The notes under the pieces were generated by a model, which made no database searches, was not told the DNA's origin, and was given only the letters and a program-made list of their open reading frames with translations. A DNA stretch of 64,000 nt from Sporofaciens sp. SGI.106. GTDB taxonomy: Bacteria > Bacillota > Clostridia > Lachnospirales > Lachnospiraceae. Within the stretch, counting starts at the first letter, position 1, and every line of letters begins with the position of its first letter. Position numbers and translations under genes: made by a program. Below, piece after piece: positions 18,908-27,802 of the stretch. The stretch spans positions 62,204 through 126,203 of the forward strand of contig NZ_JBNPMZ010000003.1 of assembly GCF_050314255.1 (NCBI RefSeq), written 5' to 3'.

Positions 18908-20356
18908 TTATTCATCCAACCAGAGCTGTGCGCTATAGCCACCGAAATTCTCACCCGGTGAGAACCAGCACTCGAAGGATGTGTTATAGAACCGGTAATT
19001 TCCGTCGGAATAATAATACCTGTATTCACAGCTGTTAAGATCCTTATCCAGATTCTGGTTCCACTCATCCAGCGTATAATAAGTTGACTCCATGAAAAGG
19101 TAATCCCCATCAATAAATTTTGCTCCATTATTGACATATTCAGACATCTCTGTCTCCCATGTGCGAAGATTCACTCTGCCCAAATGATACTGTTCAAAAT
19201 CCTCTGTTGTATCAAAATACAGATATTCTCCGCAGATCACAGGATTATAAGAACGTACCTCTGTGATCTTCTTCTCGATCTTCTCTCCCACATGGTAAAC
19301 GTGAAGCGTCTCTCCATCCGCATCATCCTGAAATACGATCCATCCGTCTCCCACCTGATACGGGTAGTACACTTCCCTGTCATCAATGATCGGTGTGATA
19401 TTCTTACCATCCAGATCCATAGAACAGTAATGATGGTTTTCATCCGTAAAATATAGTTTCCCGTCGTAGACCTGCTGATACTCTACAGCCTTATCATACA
19501 GAAACTCCGTCTTGTTGTTCTTTACATTAATTTTGACAATACCCAGATTTTTCTCTCCGTTTACCGTAGCATATACATATCCTTCCTCATACTGGAAGTT
19601 AGCCGGATTACAAATCTCGCCGTCAAGAAGAGCCTGCACATCATCCAGGACTACATCTGAACCGTCTTTGCTGATCTTGGCACAGGCAAGCTTTCCATGG
19701 GCTTCATAGCCATATGCCATGTCATCTGCAACAATGGCGTAGCCGCCACTGGAAAAGGCACTCATTTTTCTCACATCTTCCTCGGTAAATTCCGGAGCAA
19801 AGTTGTAAATGCTGACCTTGGGCTCACCCGCATACTCAAACTGGTACGCCTCGTCACCCTCTCCTGCTGCTGATTTTAGAGTCAGGATGAGGATCTCGCC
19901 GTCAAAGGCTGCCGCCGCGCCGCTGTAGGATTCTGTCACCTCCGGATTCTCAAGGGTAAGCGTATAGCTGTCATTCTCTTCTGTCCACAACATCGCCAGT
20001 TCCGCTGTTCTTTCTTCCCCTTCTTCGTCCTCCTCTATCACAGAAAAAGCACAGTTCCCTGTCTCCCATCCTGTGAAAGAGATCGTAGCAAGCATGTCGT
20101 ATCCCAGCAGTTCCTTACAGTCCTCACTGGTCAGCGTTCCCAGATCATCCGTTGTCATAGACGTACACTTCCACTGACCTACGATGTCGCCCGCCTCATG
20201 TGCCGGTTTCTCCGGCTCAGCCTCCTCTTCTGATTCCTTTTCTTCCTTTGCCGTATCTTCCTTCGGTGCTTCTTTCTTGTCAGAACCGCAGGCACACAGG
20301 CCAAGCACCATCGACAATACCAATAATACTGTCAACAGTTTTCTTTTCATAAACAA
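18908..20356 (-). CDS. lipoprotein, hypothetical (possibly beta-propeller-like)
   Basis: Signal peptide plus lipobox LGLCACGS. Acidic linker. Repeated aromatic-rich segments. Confidence 0.55.
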   Translation of the reverse strand: MFMKRKLLTVLLVLSMVLGLCACGSDKKEAPKEDTAKEEKESEEEAEPEKPAHEAGDIVGQWKCTSMTTDDLGTLTSEDCKELLGYDMLATISFTGWETGNCAFSVIEEDEEGEERTAELAMLWTEENDSYTLTLENPEVTESYSGAAAAFDGEILILTLKSAAGEGDEAYQFEYAGEPKVSIYNFAPEFTEEDVRKMSAFSSGGYAIVADDMAYGYEAHGKLACAKISKDGSDVVLDDVQALLDGEICNPANFQYEEGYVYATVNGEKNLGIVKINVKNNKTEFLYDKAVEYQQVYDGKLYFTDENHHYCSMDLDGKNITPIIDDREVYYPYQVGDGWIVFQDDADGETLHVYHVGEKIEKKITEVRSYNPVICGEYLYFDTTEDFEQYHLGRVNLRTWETEMSEYVNNGAKFIDGDYLFMESTYYTLDEWNQNLDKDLNSCEYRYYYSDGNYRFYNTSFECWFSPGENFGGYSAQLWLDE

Positions 20357-20370
20357 CTTCCTCCCTTCTG

Positions 20371-21636
20371 TCAGAATTTTCCTCCACTTCCTCCATGCGT
20401 CGTTCCGGAAGAGCTGGTATGAGTACTGCTTCCTCCGCTGTCCTCTTTTACAATTTTTCTTTGTGTCACGGTCTTATTCACCAAGCGATCCCAGTTAGCA
20501 GTCAAGATCATGCTTCCCGGCACAGCATAATCACGCGCATTCGTCTTTCTTACGACTGATTTCAGGCTTGCCTTCTTCTTCGTGCCGAGAATAAATGCAA
20601 TCACAATTCCGATCAGCACAGAGATGGGAATCATAACCGGAGAAATGGTACCTTTGGGGAGATTTCCCTTATCATAAGGTTCTCCGGACTTTGCCTGTGT
20701 AATAAATTCATCACAGAGCGTAGCATATTTTGTAAATGCCTCGCTGTAAAACCCGTCACTGAGCAACGGGGTAAATTTGTCAGCCATGTAGTCCATGCCT
20801 GCATCGGTGAATGCGGTAATTCCATAGCCACAGGTACTCATATGCCAGTCACGTTCCTCCATGCTGATAAGCAACAGGATACCGTCCCTGTTTTCTCCGA
20901 ATCCATAACCGTTATAATCATAGAAATCATCGGCGTATTCCATGGCTGTTCTGCCTTGTAAACTGTCCGTCGTCACCACCACGACATCACACTGCTGCCG
21001 CTCACTGATCTCGTCAAGCATTGCCAGAAGCTCTTCTTCTTCGGAATCGGTCAGAAGGTCTCCGTTATCCACCAGACGCGACTGAAGTCGTTCAGTAGGA
21101 ATGCCGCCTGCCTCCGGCTCTTCAGCCTCTGCCTGAGCCTCAGCCTGAGCAGCCTCCAATGCAGCTTTATCCATGACGATTCCTGTTTTTACTTCCAGTA
21201 TCTCCTGTGCCTTATCCAGATAAGCGTCTACAGCCTCATCATAATATCCGTAATAATCATATTCCGCCCACAGTGCGTCCTCATCTTCAACCGTAATAAG
21301 ATCTACCGCACTTCCGGACTTATACAAGTACCACTCCTGATCCTCCGTACTCTCGATCAGCATGATTCCGTCCGCTTCTCCGAAGCATCCCTGATAGATC
21401 TGCTCAGAATAAGCCACTGTTCCCTGTCCTCCGGTTGACTCTGTCAGCAGGATGCTCACAGTGAACCCATAAGTATCTGAAATCACAGATGCCTTCGCAT
21501 TCAATTCCGGTATAAAACCGGTCACACATCCCCGCTGATCGATTATATAGAGCATACTGTCAACGGCTGATACCGGAAGCACCATAAGGAGCGCCAGGAG
21601 AACTGTTAAAAATATTGATACGATCCGTTTCTTCAT
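20371..21636 (-). CDS. TPM-domain protein (YgcG/UPF0603-like), signal peptide, C-terminal TM and Gly-rich tail (cassette A)
   Basis: Signal peptide. Two TPM-like units (GxxLxLxxxxxxDxxxx pattern, DDFYDYNGYGFGE..GILLLISMEERDW). TM helix. GGSSTHTSSSGTTHGGSGGKF tail. Paralog at 29481-30299. Confidence 0.75.
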   Translation of the reverse strand: MKKRIVSIFLTVLLALLMVLPVSAVDSMLYIIDQRGCVTGFIPELNAKASVISDTYGFTVSILLTESTGGQGTVAYSEQIYQGCFGEADGIMLIESTEDQEWYLYKSGSAVDLITVEDEDALWAEYDYYGYYDEAVDAYLDKAQEILEVKTGIVMDKAALEAAQAEAQAEAEEPEAGGIPTERLQSRLVDNGDLLTDSEEEELLAMLDEISERQQCDVVVVTTDSLQGRTAMEYADDFYDYNGYGFGENRDGILLLISMEERDWHMSTCGYGITAFTDAGMDYMADKFTPLLSDGFYSEAFTKYATLCDEFITQAKSGEPYDKGNLPKGTISPVMIPISVLIGIVIAFILGTKKKASLKSVVRKTNARDYAVPGSMILTANWDRLVNKTVTQRKIVKEDSGGSSTHTSSSGTTHGGSGGKF

Positions 21637-21649
21637 CTATATGTCCCTC

Positions 21650-22762
21650 CTAAAACAGCAGCAGCCTTATCCACAGCAGAGCATAGATAAGTGCTCCGAT
21701 GATTACGCCTCTTGCCGTAACATATTTCCAGAATGCTCCGTTATCCGCCGGAAGGTCTCCTACCATCTTACCGGTCTGTCCATTCATGGCAAAGATATAT
21801 TTCTCACCCTTCCATGTAGTATTCAGGATCCATACCGGATACAGCGCATACAGGTACCGCGCATTGTAGATGTTCACATTACTCTCTACCGGTGTCACAG
21901 AATGATATCCCGTCACTGTATCTTCAAATGACTGCTGCGCACTTTTTTTGATCCGCTCCTTTGCCCGCACCAGTCGTTCTTCCATGTCCACATCGTAGCG
22001 GTCAGCCACGTATCCTGCCAGATAGGCTGGCTGGAACGGTACTGCTTCCGAAAAGTCATACGGCTCAATAGATTCCATCAGATCATCATCCATCTTTCTG
22101 GAACCATCTGCGGGGATATGCTCAAAACGGATGCCTCCGGATCTCTTCACCTGATAATGTTCATGCTCCGTGTATTCAATATCTCCGCTTTCCCATACCT
22201 GCACACGCTCCGCACTATATGTAATATCTGCCTTTGTATCTGCATCAAACAACCAGAACGGCACATACACACCCTTGATCTCATCAATATGGTTCTCCTG
22301 CTTAAACACCTTCGGCAGGAACTTCTTTCCATGCAGGTGCTTATGATAAGCCTCCTTTGCAGCCTTCTTATCCAGCTTGAAGGGGATGATATAGTCCGGC
22401 TTCAGATCTCCTGAGAACTGTCCCTTCATAACCACACGGTTCCCGCAGAACGGACAGCTTGTAGCTCCGGTATTCTCATCTGCCACGATCTCGCCGCCAC
22501 AGGATTCGCAGGCATATACCCTCATGCCGTTTGTCTCGCCTTCACTCCACTGTCCATCACTGGCTGCCTGCCAGTTCACATCATCCGAAGCACTTCCGCC
22601 CGGTGCATTTTCTGCACCGTCCTGTTTTCCCTGCTGCGTCTGCTGGAATTCTTCAATGCTCATCTCTGTATCACAGTACGGACATTTCATCTTCTGGCTC
22701 TTACTGTCAAATTCCATGGCACCACCACAGGCCGGACATTTATATTCCATTATGTCAGACAT
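21650..22762 (-). CDS. double zinc-ribbon protein with C-terminal TM anchor (cassette A)
   Basis: CPACGG...CPYCDT and CESCGG...CPFCGN zinc ribbons. C-terminal hydrophobic helix. Paralog at 30321-31385. Confidence 0.7.
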   Translation of the reverse strand: MSDIMEYKCPACGGAMEFDSKSQKMKCPYCDTEMSIEEFQQTQQGKQDGAENAPGGSASDDVNWQAASDGQWSEGETNGMRVYACESCGGEIVADENTGATSCPFCGNRVVMKGQFSGDLKPDYIIPFKLDKKAAKEAYHKHLHGKKFLPKVFKQENHIDEIKGVYVPFWLFDADTKADITYSAERVQVWESGDIEYTEHEHYQVKRSGGIRFEHIPADGSRKMDDDLMESIEPYDFSEAVPFQPAYLAGYVADRYDVDMEERLVRAKERIKKSAQQSFEDTVTGYHSVTPVESNVNIYNARYLYALYPVWILNTTWKGEKYIFAMNGQTGKMVGDLPADNGAFWKYVTARGVIIGALIYALLWIRLLLF

Positions 22763-22783
22763 AGCTTTCTCCTTTCCTGCATG

Positions 22784-23725
22784 CTAGCAGATATCATTTA
22801 TATCAAAAGGATCTCCGCACTGTGGGCAGAATTTCGGAATATTATTAGGATCTTCCGGAACCCACCCGCACTTGTCACATCGAACCATTCTTCTTTGTTG
22901 CTGCATGCCCTGCTGCATTCCCTGGTTCATCCCATTCATCTGCTGACCGTACATTCCGTTATTCATCATGCCGCCCTGCATTCCCTGATTCATTCCATTC
23001 ATCTGCTGACCGTACATTCCGCCATTCATCATGCCGCCCTGCATTCCCTGATTCATCCCATTCATCTGCTGGCCATACATTCCGTTATTCATCATACTGC
23101 CCTGCATTCCCTGATTCATTCCGCCCATGGGCTGAGCACAGCCGGTAAGAGCTGCCACGATCTGATTTCCTGTATTTTCCATCATCATCATCTTGTTACG
23201 GTCACTATCCTCAATAGAAAATGTATTGAGCTGGAAGTCCATGTCGTCAAACCACGGAGAGTTTACTCCGATCTTGATCCAGTAATCATAGGAATATTTG
23301 TATCTCGGCGGATTGTAGCTTCTCATATTACCGTCATTGTCCTCATACTGCTCTTCATCACAATCCTGCTTAATCTCCAGTCTGCAGCTGGTTATCTGGG
23401 AAAGTGAAACAATATCCGGATTGGTATCAACACTCATTCTGGTAGCAATTGCGAACTGTCCCTTTGTATCGTCAACAAAAACATGATAGCGTTCTCCTGC
23501 CAGATCCCTGGTAATCTGGAAATTTTTTACCTTTGCTTTGTTGGCTTCACGGTAAGCCAACTGCTCTTTAATAGATGCGACGGTGCTGTGGCGGCGCTCT
23601 TCAAACCACGGGGAAAGCTTCTTTGCACATTCTTTACAGAGGTTACCGTCATCCAGCTTCCGGTTACCAAGCATTCCTATCTTTTCTCCACAAATATCAC
23701 AGTATTTCTTATCAAATAATCCCAT
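22784..23725 (-). CDS. DUF4428-like zinc-ribbon protein with M/G/Q/N-rich 21-aa repeats and C-terminal zinc ribbon
   Basis: [15 protein letters not shown]...CKEC N-terminus. Four [21 protein letters not shown] repeats. C-terminal [31 protein letters not shown]. Confidence 0.6.
   Translation of the reverse strand: MGLFDKKYCDICGEKIGMLGNRKLDDGNLCKECAKKLSPWFEERRHSTVASIKEQLAYREANKAKVKNFQITRDLAGERYHVFVDDTKGQFAIATRMSVDTNPDIVSLSQITSCRLEIKQDCDEEQYEDNDGNMRSYNPPRYKYSYDYWIKIGVNSPWFDDMDFQLNTFSIEDSDRNKMMMMENTGNQIVAALTGCAQPMGGMNQGMQGSMMNNGMYGQQMNGMNQGMQGGMMNGGMYGQQMNGMNQGMQGGMMNNGMYGQQMNGMNQGMQQGMQQQRRMVRCDKCGWVPEDPNNIPKFCPQCGDPFDINDIC
22894..23135. repeat. 63-bp tandem direct repeats x4 (coding, inside the DUF4428 gene)
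   Basis: ctgcattccctgRttcatYccattcatctgctgRccRtacattccg... recurring at 22912, 22975, 23038 and 23101. Confidence 0.8.
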
Positions 23726-23744
23726 ATTCTTTTCCTCCTTTTGC

Positions 23745-25166
23745 TTATACTATGTCGTTCTCATTAAAAGGATCTCCGCACTCCGGACAGAATCTCGGTG
23801 GATTCTTCGGATCTGCAGGCTCCCATCCGCACTTGTCACAGCGGTATAATGGCGCTCCTGCCGGTTTCTTTGCTCCGCATTCCGTGCAGAACTTTCCTTT
23901 ATTGACTGCTCCACAGGAACAGGTCCAGCCTTCCTCAGTCGGTTTCGGAGAACCACACTCCGGACAGAATTTACCGGTAACCGTTGCACCGCAGGAGCAT
24001 TTCCATGCATCTGCCTTCACTGGTTCCGGCTTTTTAGCCCCACACTCCGGACAGAATTTGCCGGTTGCTGTTGCCCCACAGGAACACTTCCACCCTGCCG
24101 GAACCGCTGCTGCAGGTGCAGCCTGTTGCTTCATCTGCTGTGCCTGCTGCATCTGTTGCTGCTGACCCATGGCAAACAGATTCTGTGCATTTATGCCGCC
24201 TGCCTGCTGAGCCATTCCCATTCCCATAAATCCCATCATAGCTCCGTTTGGATTATTTGCCGCTGATTTCATTGCCTCAGACTGTGCTCCAACCAGTGTT
24301 GCTGCTGCCATAGTAGGATCTCGCATGATGGCTGCCCTCTGTGCCTGCTTGATCATCTCTGCATCCTCTTCCGGAAGTGTGATCGGATTCATCGCAATAG
24401 ACACAACAGAAAGTCCTCTAAGTTCTACCCATTTTTTTGTCAGTGCCTCGTTCATTGCCTCTGAAAGCTCTTCCGCATGTCCCGGAAGTGCACTCGGGCG
24501 GATCTGAAGCTCAGAAATTTTTGCAAATGCCGGCTGGAGAGCACTGATAAATTCCGTCTTTAACTGACTCTCAATCTCTTCCCGATTATATTCCTGCTCC
24601 ACATTTCCGCACACGTTCGTATAGAACAGAAGCGGGTTGGTAATTTTGTAGGAATAAACGCCGGAACACCTTACAGATACATCAATATCCAGACCGATAT
24701 TGCGGTCTACTACCCGGAACGGAATCGGATTCGGTGTGCCGAATTTATTATCGATCAGTTCCTTTGTATTAAAGTAATACACCCGCTGATCTTTCCCGGT
24801 ATCTCCTCCATACGTAAAACGCTTACCTATGGTCCTAAAAGTTGCTTTAATACTGTCTCCCAGGTCTCCTGCAAAGATACTTGGTTCTGTAGATGTGTTA
24901 TATGTATATTCACCGGGTTCAGCACACACTTCAACAATCTTTCCCTGTTCTACGATCATCATGCACTGTCCGTCTGCCACAGCAATGCCGGAACCGTTGG
25001 AGATAATATTGTCATTCCCTTTCGTATTGGACGAACGTCCTGTGATCCGTTTCTGCCCTTTTTTCACCATTACATCTTTGTCCAGCGCTTCGCAGTAGAA
25101 AAATTCTTTCCACTGATCTGCCATTGCACCGCCAAATGCTCCCATTCCTGCTTTGATAAGTCCCAT
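23745..25166 (-). CDS. SPFH/band-7 domain protein (COG4260-like) with four C-terminal zinc ribbons (cassette A)
   Basis: [13 protein letters not shown]...ADQWKEFF N-terminus typical of this SPFH family. Three [18 protein letters not shown] repeats plus a terminal [31 protein letters not shown]. Confidence 0.8.
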   Translation of the reverse strand: MGLIKAGMGAFGGAMADQWKEFFYCEALDKDVMVKKGQKRITGRSSNTKGNDNIISNGSGIAVADGQCMMIVEQGKIVEVCAEPGEYTYNTSTEPSIFAGDLGDSIKATFRTIGKRFTYGGDTGKDQRVYYFNTKELIDNKFGTPNPIPFRVVDRNIGLDIDVSVRCSGVYSYKITNPLLFYTNVCGNVEQEYNREEIESQLKTEFISALQPAFAKISELQIRPSALPGHAEELSEAMNEALTKKWVELRGLSVVSIAMNPITLPEEDAEMIKQAQRAAIMRDPTMAAATLVGAQSEAMKSAANNPNGAMMGFMGMGMAQQAGGINAQNLFAMGQQQQMQQAQQMKQQAAPAAAVPAGWKCSCGATATGKFCPECGAKKPEPVKADAWKCSCGATVTGKFCPECGSPKPTEEGWTCSCGAVNKGKFCTECGAKKPAGAPLYRCDKCGWEPADPKNPPRFCPECGDPFNENDIV

Positions 25167-25246
25167 AACTTATCCTCCTTTCGATTTCACTTTGTTCGTT
25201 TTATCCGTATTTCCCGTACTCTTATTCCGTGAATCTGCATCCTTAC

Positions 25247-25636
25247 TTATAATGAATCCAGCGCCGCCGCAAGATACTCGGCTGTCACAGAAGCATAGAA
25301 AAATGCGTCAATCTTTCCTGCCTGCTTCGCCCGCATTACATCACGTGCCAGCTCCGGATATGCTATCTCATCACAGAGCAGCACCATCTTACACGCAGAC
25401 AGCTCTCTGCGCATTTTATCAATCAATGCTAACCGTCCCTCCAGTCTGGTCTCCAATGACGAGGGTGTCACATCCATTAATAATATGTCTGGTCCGGCAG
25501 CCTGGCATTCAATCAGGATCATCTCCTGCTGCCGTGGCGGAACATATAGCGGATGAAAATCGCCGGTCTGTTTCAGCATCAAATAAACACTTTCCGCAAA
25601 AACACGATTAGAGATACTGATTGCAATTTTCTTCAC
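25247..25636 (-). CDS. degenerate receiver (REC)-like domain protein
   Basis: ILLMDV aspartate context and a K near the C-terminus, but it lacks the N-terminal acidic pair. Stand-alone 129 aa. Confidence 0.35.
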   Translation of the reverse strand: MKKIAISISNRVFAESVYLMLKQTGDFHPLYVPPRQQEMILIECQAAGPDILLMDVTPSSLETRLEGRLALIDKMRRELSACKMVLLCDEIAYPELARDVMRAKQAGKIDAFFYASVTAEYLAAALDSL

Positions 25637-25868
25637 TTTCTTTTCCCCTTTCCATAAAACTTCTTACTTTAGACACACTTTATTCCTCATATTATTTTCA
25701 GTCTATTCTATATACCATTATATGAGATTCTGAAAATTGTACATGACACGAAAGTACTATAAAGGAACAAAGAGTTCCGCCCATGGAGGGTTTTTGCTTT
25801 ATGGAAACGCAGTTTCCTATAGAGCAAAAAAGATTGCGCACCAGGCGCAATCTCAGACACTGCAATCT

Positions 25869-26498
25869 CTAATCAATATTTACTACAATTCCGCTGACCC
25901 TTGCCTCAATAGCAAGTTCCGTCCTGCTTCCACATCCGGTTTTTTCCATCATATGACGAATGTGATTCTTCACAGTATTTTCTGTGATTCCAAGCTTCTG
26001 TGCAATGATGGCATTGGACACCCCTGTCGTCATTACACGAAGCACTTCCAGCTCCCGCTCGGTAAACTCCCCGCTGTTGCTAAGACCTAATTTTACCATT
26101 GGCACATGATCCGGATAAACCGATTCTCCAGCCATTGTCCGGTCCATCACTTCGAGAATGGTCTCACTGGATGCCTCCTTAAACCAGAAGCTTTCGATGC
26201 CTATTTTCCGCGCCCTGTTAAGCCAGGATGCTTCCGGCATAGACGTAACAGCAATGATTTTTATATTCGGACGGTTCTTCTTGATTCTTGCAGCAGCTTC
26301 CAATCCATTGGATCCATCATTCATTAAAATATCCATAAGCACAAGGTCAATCGAGTTCTTCAGTACAAAGGTATCAGCAAAGGCCGCCGATTCTATTGCA
26401 TATACCAACTCATAGTTTTCTGATGACTTTACATACATCTCAAAAAGCTGTCGTGAGATATATTGATCATCTACAATCATTACTCTTGTTCTGCCCAT
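25869..26498 (-). CDS. response regulator, NarL/LuxR family (LiaR-like)
   Basis: REC domain (VMIVDDQ...LVLMDILM) plus LuxR HTH (LTERELEVLRVMTTGVSNAIIAQKLGITENTVKNHIRHMMEKTG). Confidence 0.85.
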   Translation of the reverse strand: MGRTRVMIVDDQYISRQLFEMYVKSSENYELVYAIESAAFADTFVLKNSIDLVLMDILMNDGSNGLEAAARIKKNRPNIKIIAVTSMPEASWLNRARKIGIESFWFKEASSETILEVMDRTMAGESVYPDHVPMVKLGLSNSGEFTERELEVLRVMTTGVSNAIIAQKLGITENTVKNHIRHMMEKTGCGSRTELAIEARVSGIVVNID

Positions 26499-27802
26499 TC
26501 CTCTTCATCCCCTTTCGGAAGTAACACCCGCAGTACAAAACGGGGCATACTCTCTATCTTCATGTCTCCACCTGCCGATTCTACCATATGACGAAGATTT
26601 TTTAAACCTCCGGTCTCTCTGATCTCGCCAGCCGGAGAGTGCCCGTTGTTGGAAAGCTCTGCCATAATATTCCTGTCACTTTGTCTGACTGCAATAATCA
26701 ATCGGTTACCGTCTGCATGCTTAACTGTATTTGTCAGGCATTCATGGATTGCAGCCATCAGAACGGCTCTGTTCTTCTTATCTTCCGGAAATTCCCCGTC
26801 TCGAACAAGAGCCACATCCACAGATTCTGCCGCCTCCAAAAGCATCTCCCAGTCATTATTCTGCGCTGGCAGCGCAGCCTCATTCTTCATCACAGAAATA
26901 GTATGTCTCCATAAAATCAGCAGTTTATCGCGGTCCCTCATCTTTCCTGACTGAGCAAGGTAAGAACGAAATGCAAGCAATGACCGCCCCACATCGTCAT
27001 GCACCCGCATCTTTGCAGCCAAAATCTCCTTCTCTCTTGTGATATGTTCTACCTCCCGGCTGTACCTGCGCAGTCTCTCATTTACGCAACTAAGCGCCTC
27101 ATTTCGTTCCTCCAGCTCTCTCCTAAGCCCATACTGCTTTGTCACATCGTAAGCCACCAGCTCCTGTAATCTCTGATGTCCTACCTTCAGTATGTTCCTG
27201 TGAAAATCCCAGACCTTTTCGTCTCCGGTCCGGGCAATTACAGTTGGCTCTGTACGAATGATCTCACTGTCTTCTCCGACTGTTTTTCTTTTCAGTCTGT
27301 CAAAAAACAACTCACCATTCAAAATCTCCGTGTCAACCAATTCTCCACTAAGTTTTTGCATCTGTTCATTAACCAGAAGTGGCTGTCCATCTTCAGCAAA
27401 AAAACAGATTCCGTCCGGCAGTGCATCAAGACTCTCTTTAATAGCATCAGGTGTCAGCATATTTTTACGTTTCTGCTTAATCTGGATAATAAATTTCACT
27501 TCAGCAATACTTATCACCGTCATAAGGAAGACAATCCCTAACCACGGGAGATTTCCCACCACAATAGCAAAAAATGAAAACGAAAACCCACATTCCAAAC
27601 TTATGCCTGTATCCGCAAGTCCCTGCAATAAAAACAAGGCTGACAGCGCCAACATACCGGAAATCCCCCGGTATTTCCATTGAAGCTGCATTACATAGGA
27701 ATTTACAAAAATCAGCAAAGCCGCTGTTAAAACCAGCACCCCACATATTCCAAGCGGCAATATCTGCATACTGGAAAGCTCACGGCATATCGTCATAACC
27801 AT
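26480..27802 (-). CDS. sensor histidine kinase, HisKA_3 (NarX/LiaS/DesK) type
   Basis: Multi-TM N-terminus. H-box RVHDDVGRSL. HATPase_c C-terminus (ECLTNTVKHADGN...GGLKNL). Overlaps the RR gene by 19 nt. Confidence 0.85.
   Translation of the reverse strand: MVMTICRELSSMQILPLGICGVLVLTAALLIFVNSYVMQLQWKYRGISGMLALSALFLLQGLADTGISLECGFSFSFFAIVVGNLPWLGIVFLMTVISIAEVKFIIQIKQKRKNMLTPDAIKESLDALPDGICFFAEDGQPLLVNEQMQKLSGELVDTEILNGELFFDRLKRKTVGEDSEIIRTEPTVIARTGDEKVWDFHRNILKVGHQRLQELVAYDVTKQYGLRRELEERNEALSCVNERLRRYSREVEHITREKEILAAKMRVHDDVGRSLLAFRSYLAQSGKMRDRDKLLILWRHTISVMKNEAALPAQNNDWEMLLEAAESVDVALVRDGEFPEDKKNRAVLMAAIHECLTNTVKHADGNRLIIAVRQSDRNIMAELSNNGHSPAGEIRETGGLKNLRHMVESAGGDMKIESMPRFVLRVLLPKGDEEEWAEQE

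Noticed and set aside
22781-24165. Plus-strand ORFs (208 aa His/Leu-rich and 196 aa) opposite the DUF4428 and SPFH-A genes
   Set aside because: Products of reading the 63-bp and zinc-ribbon coding repeats in antisense. Their repetitive HxxxLH composition mirrors the sense-strand repeats.
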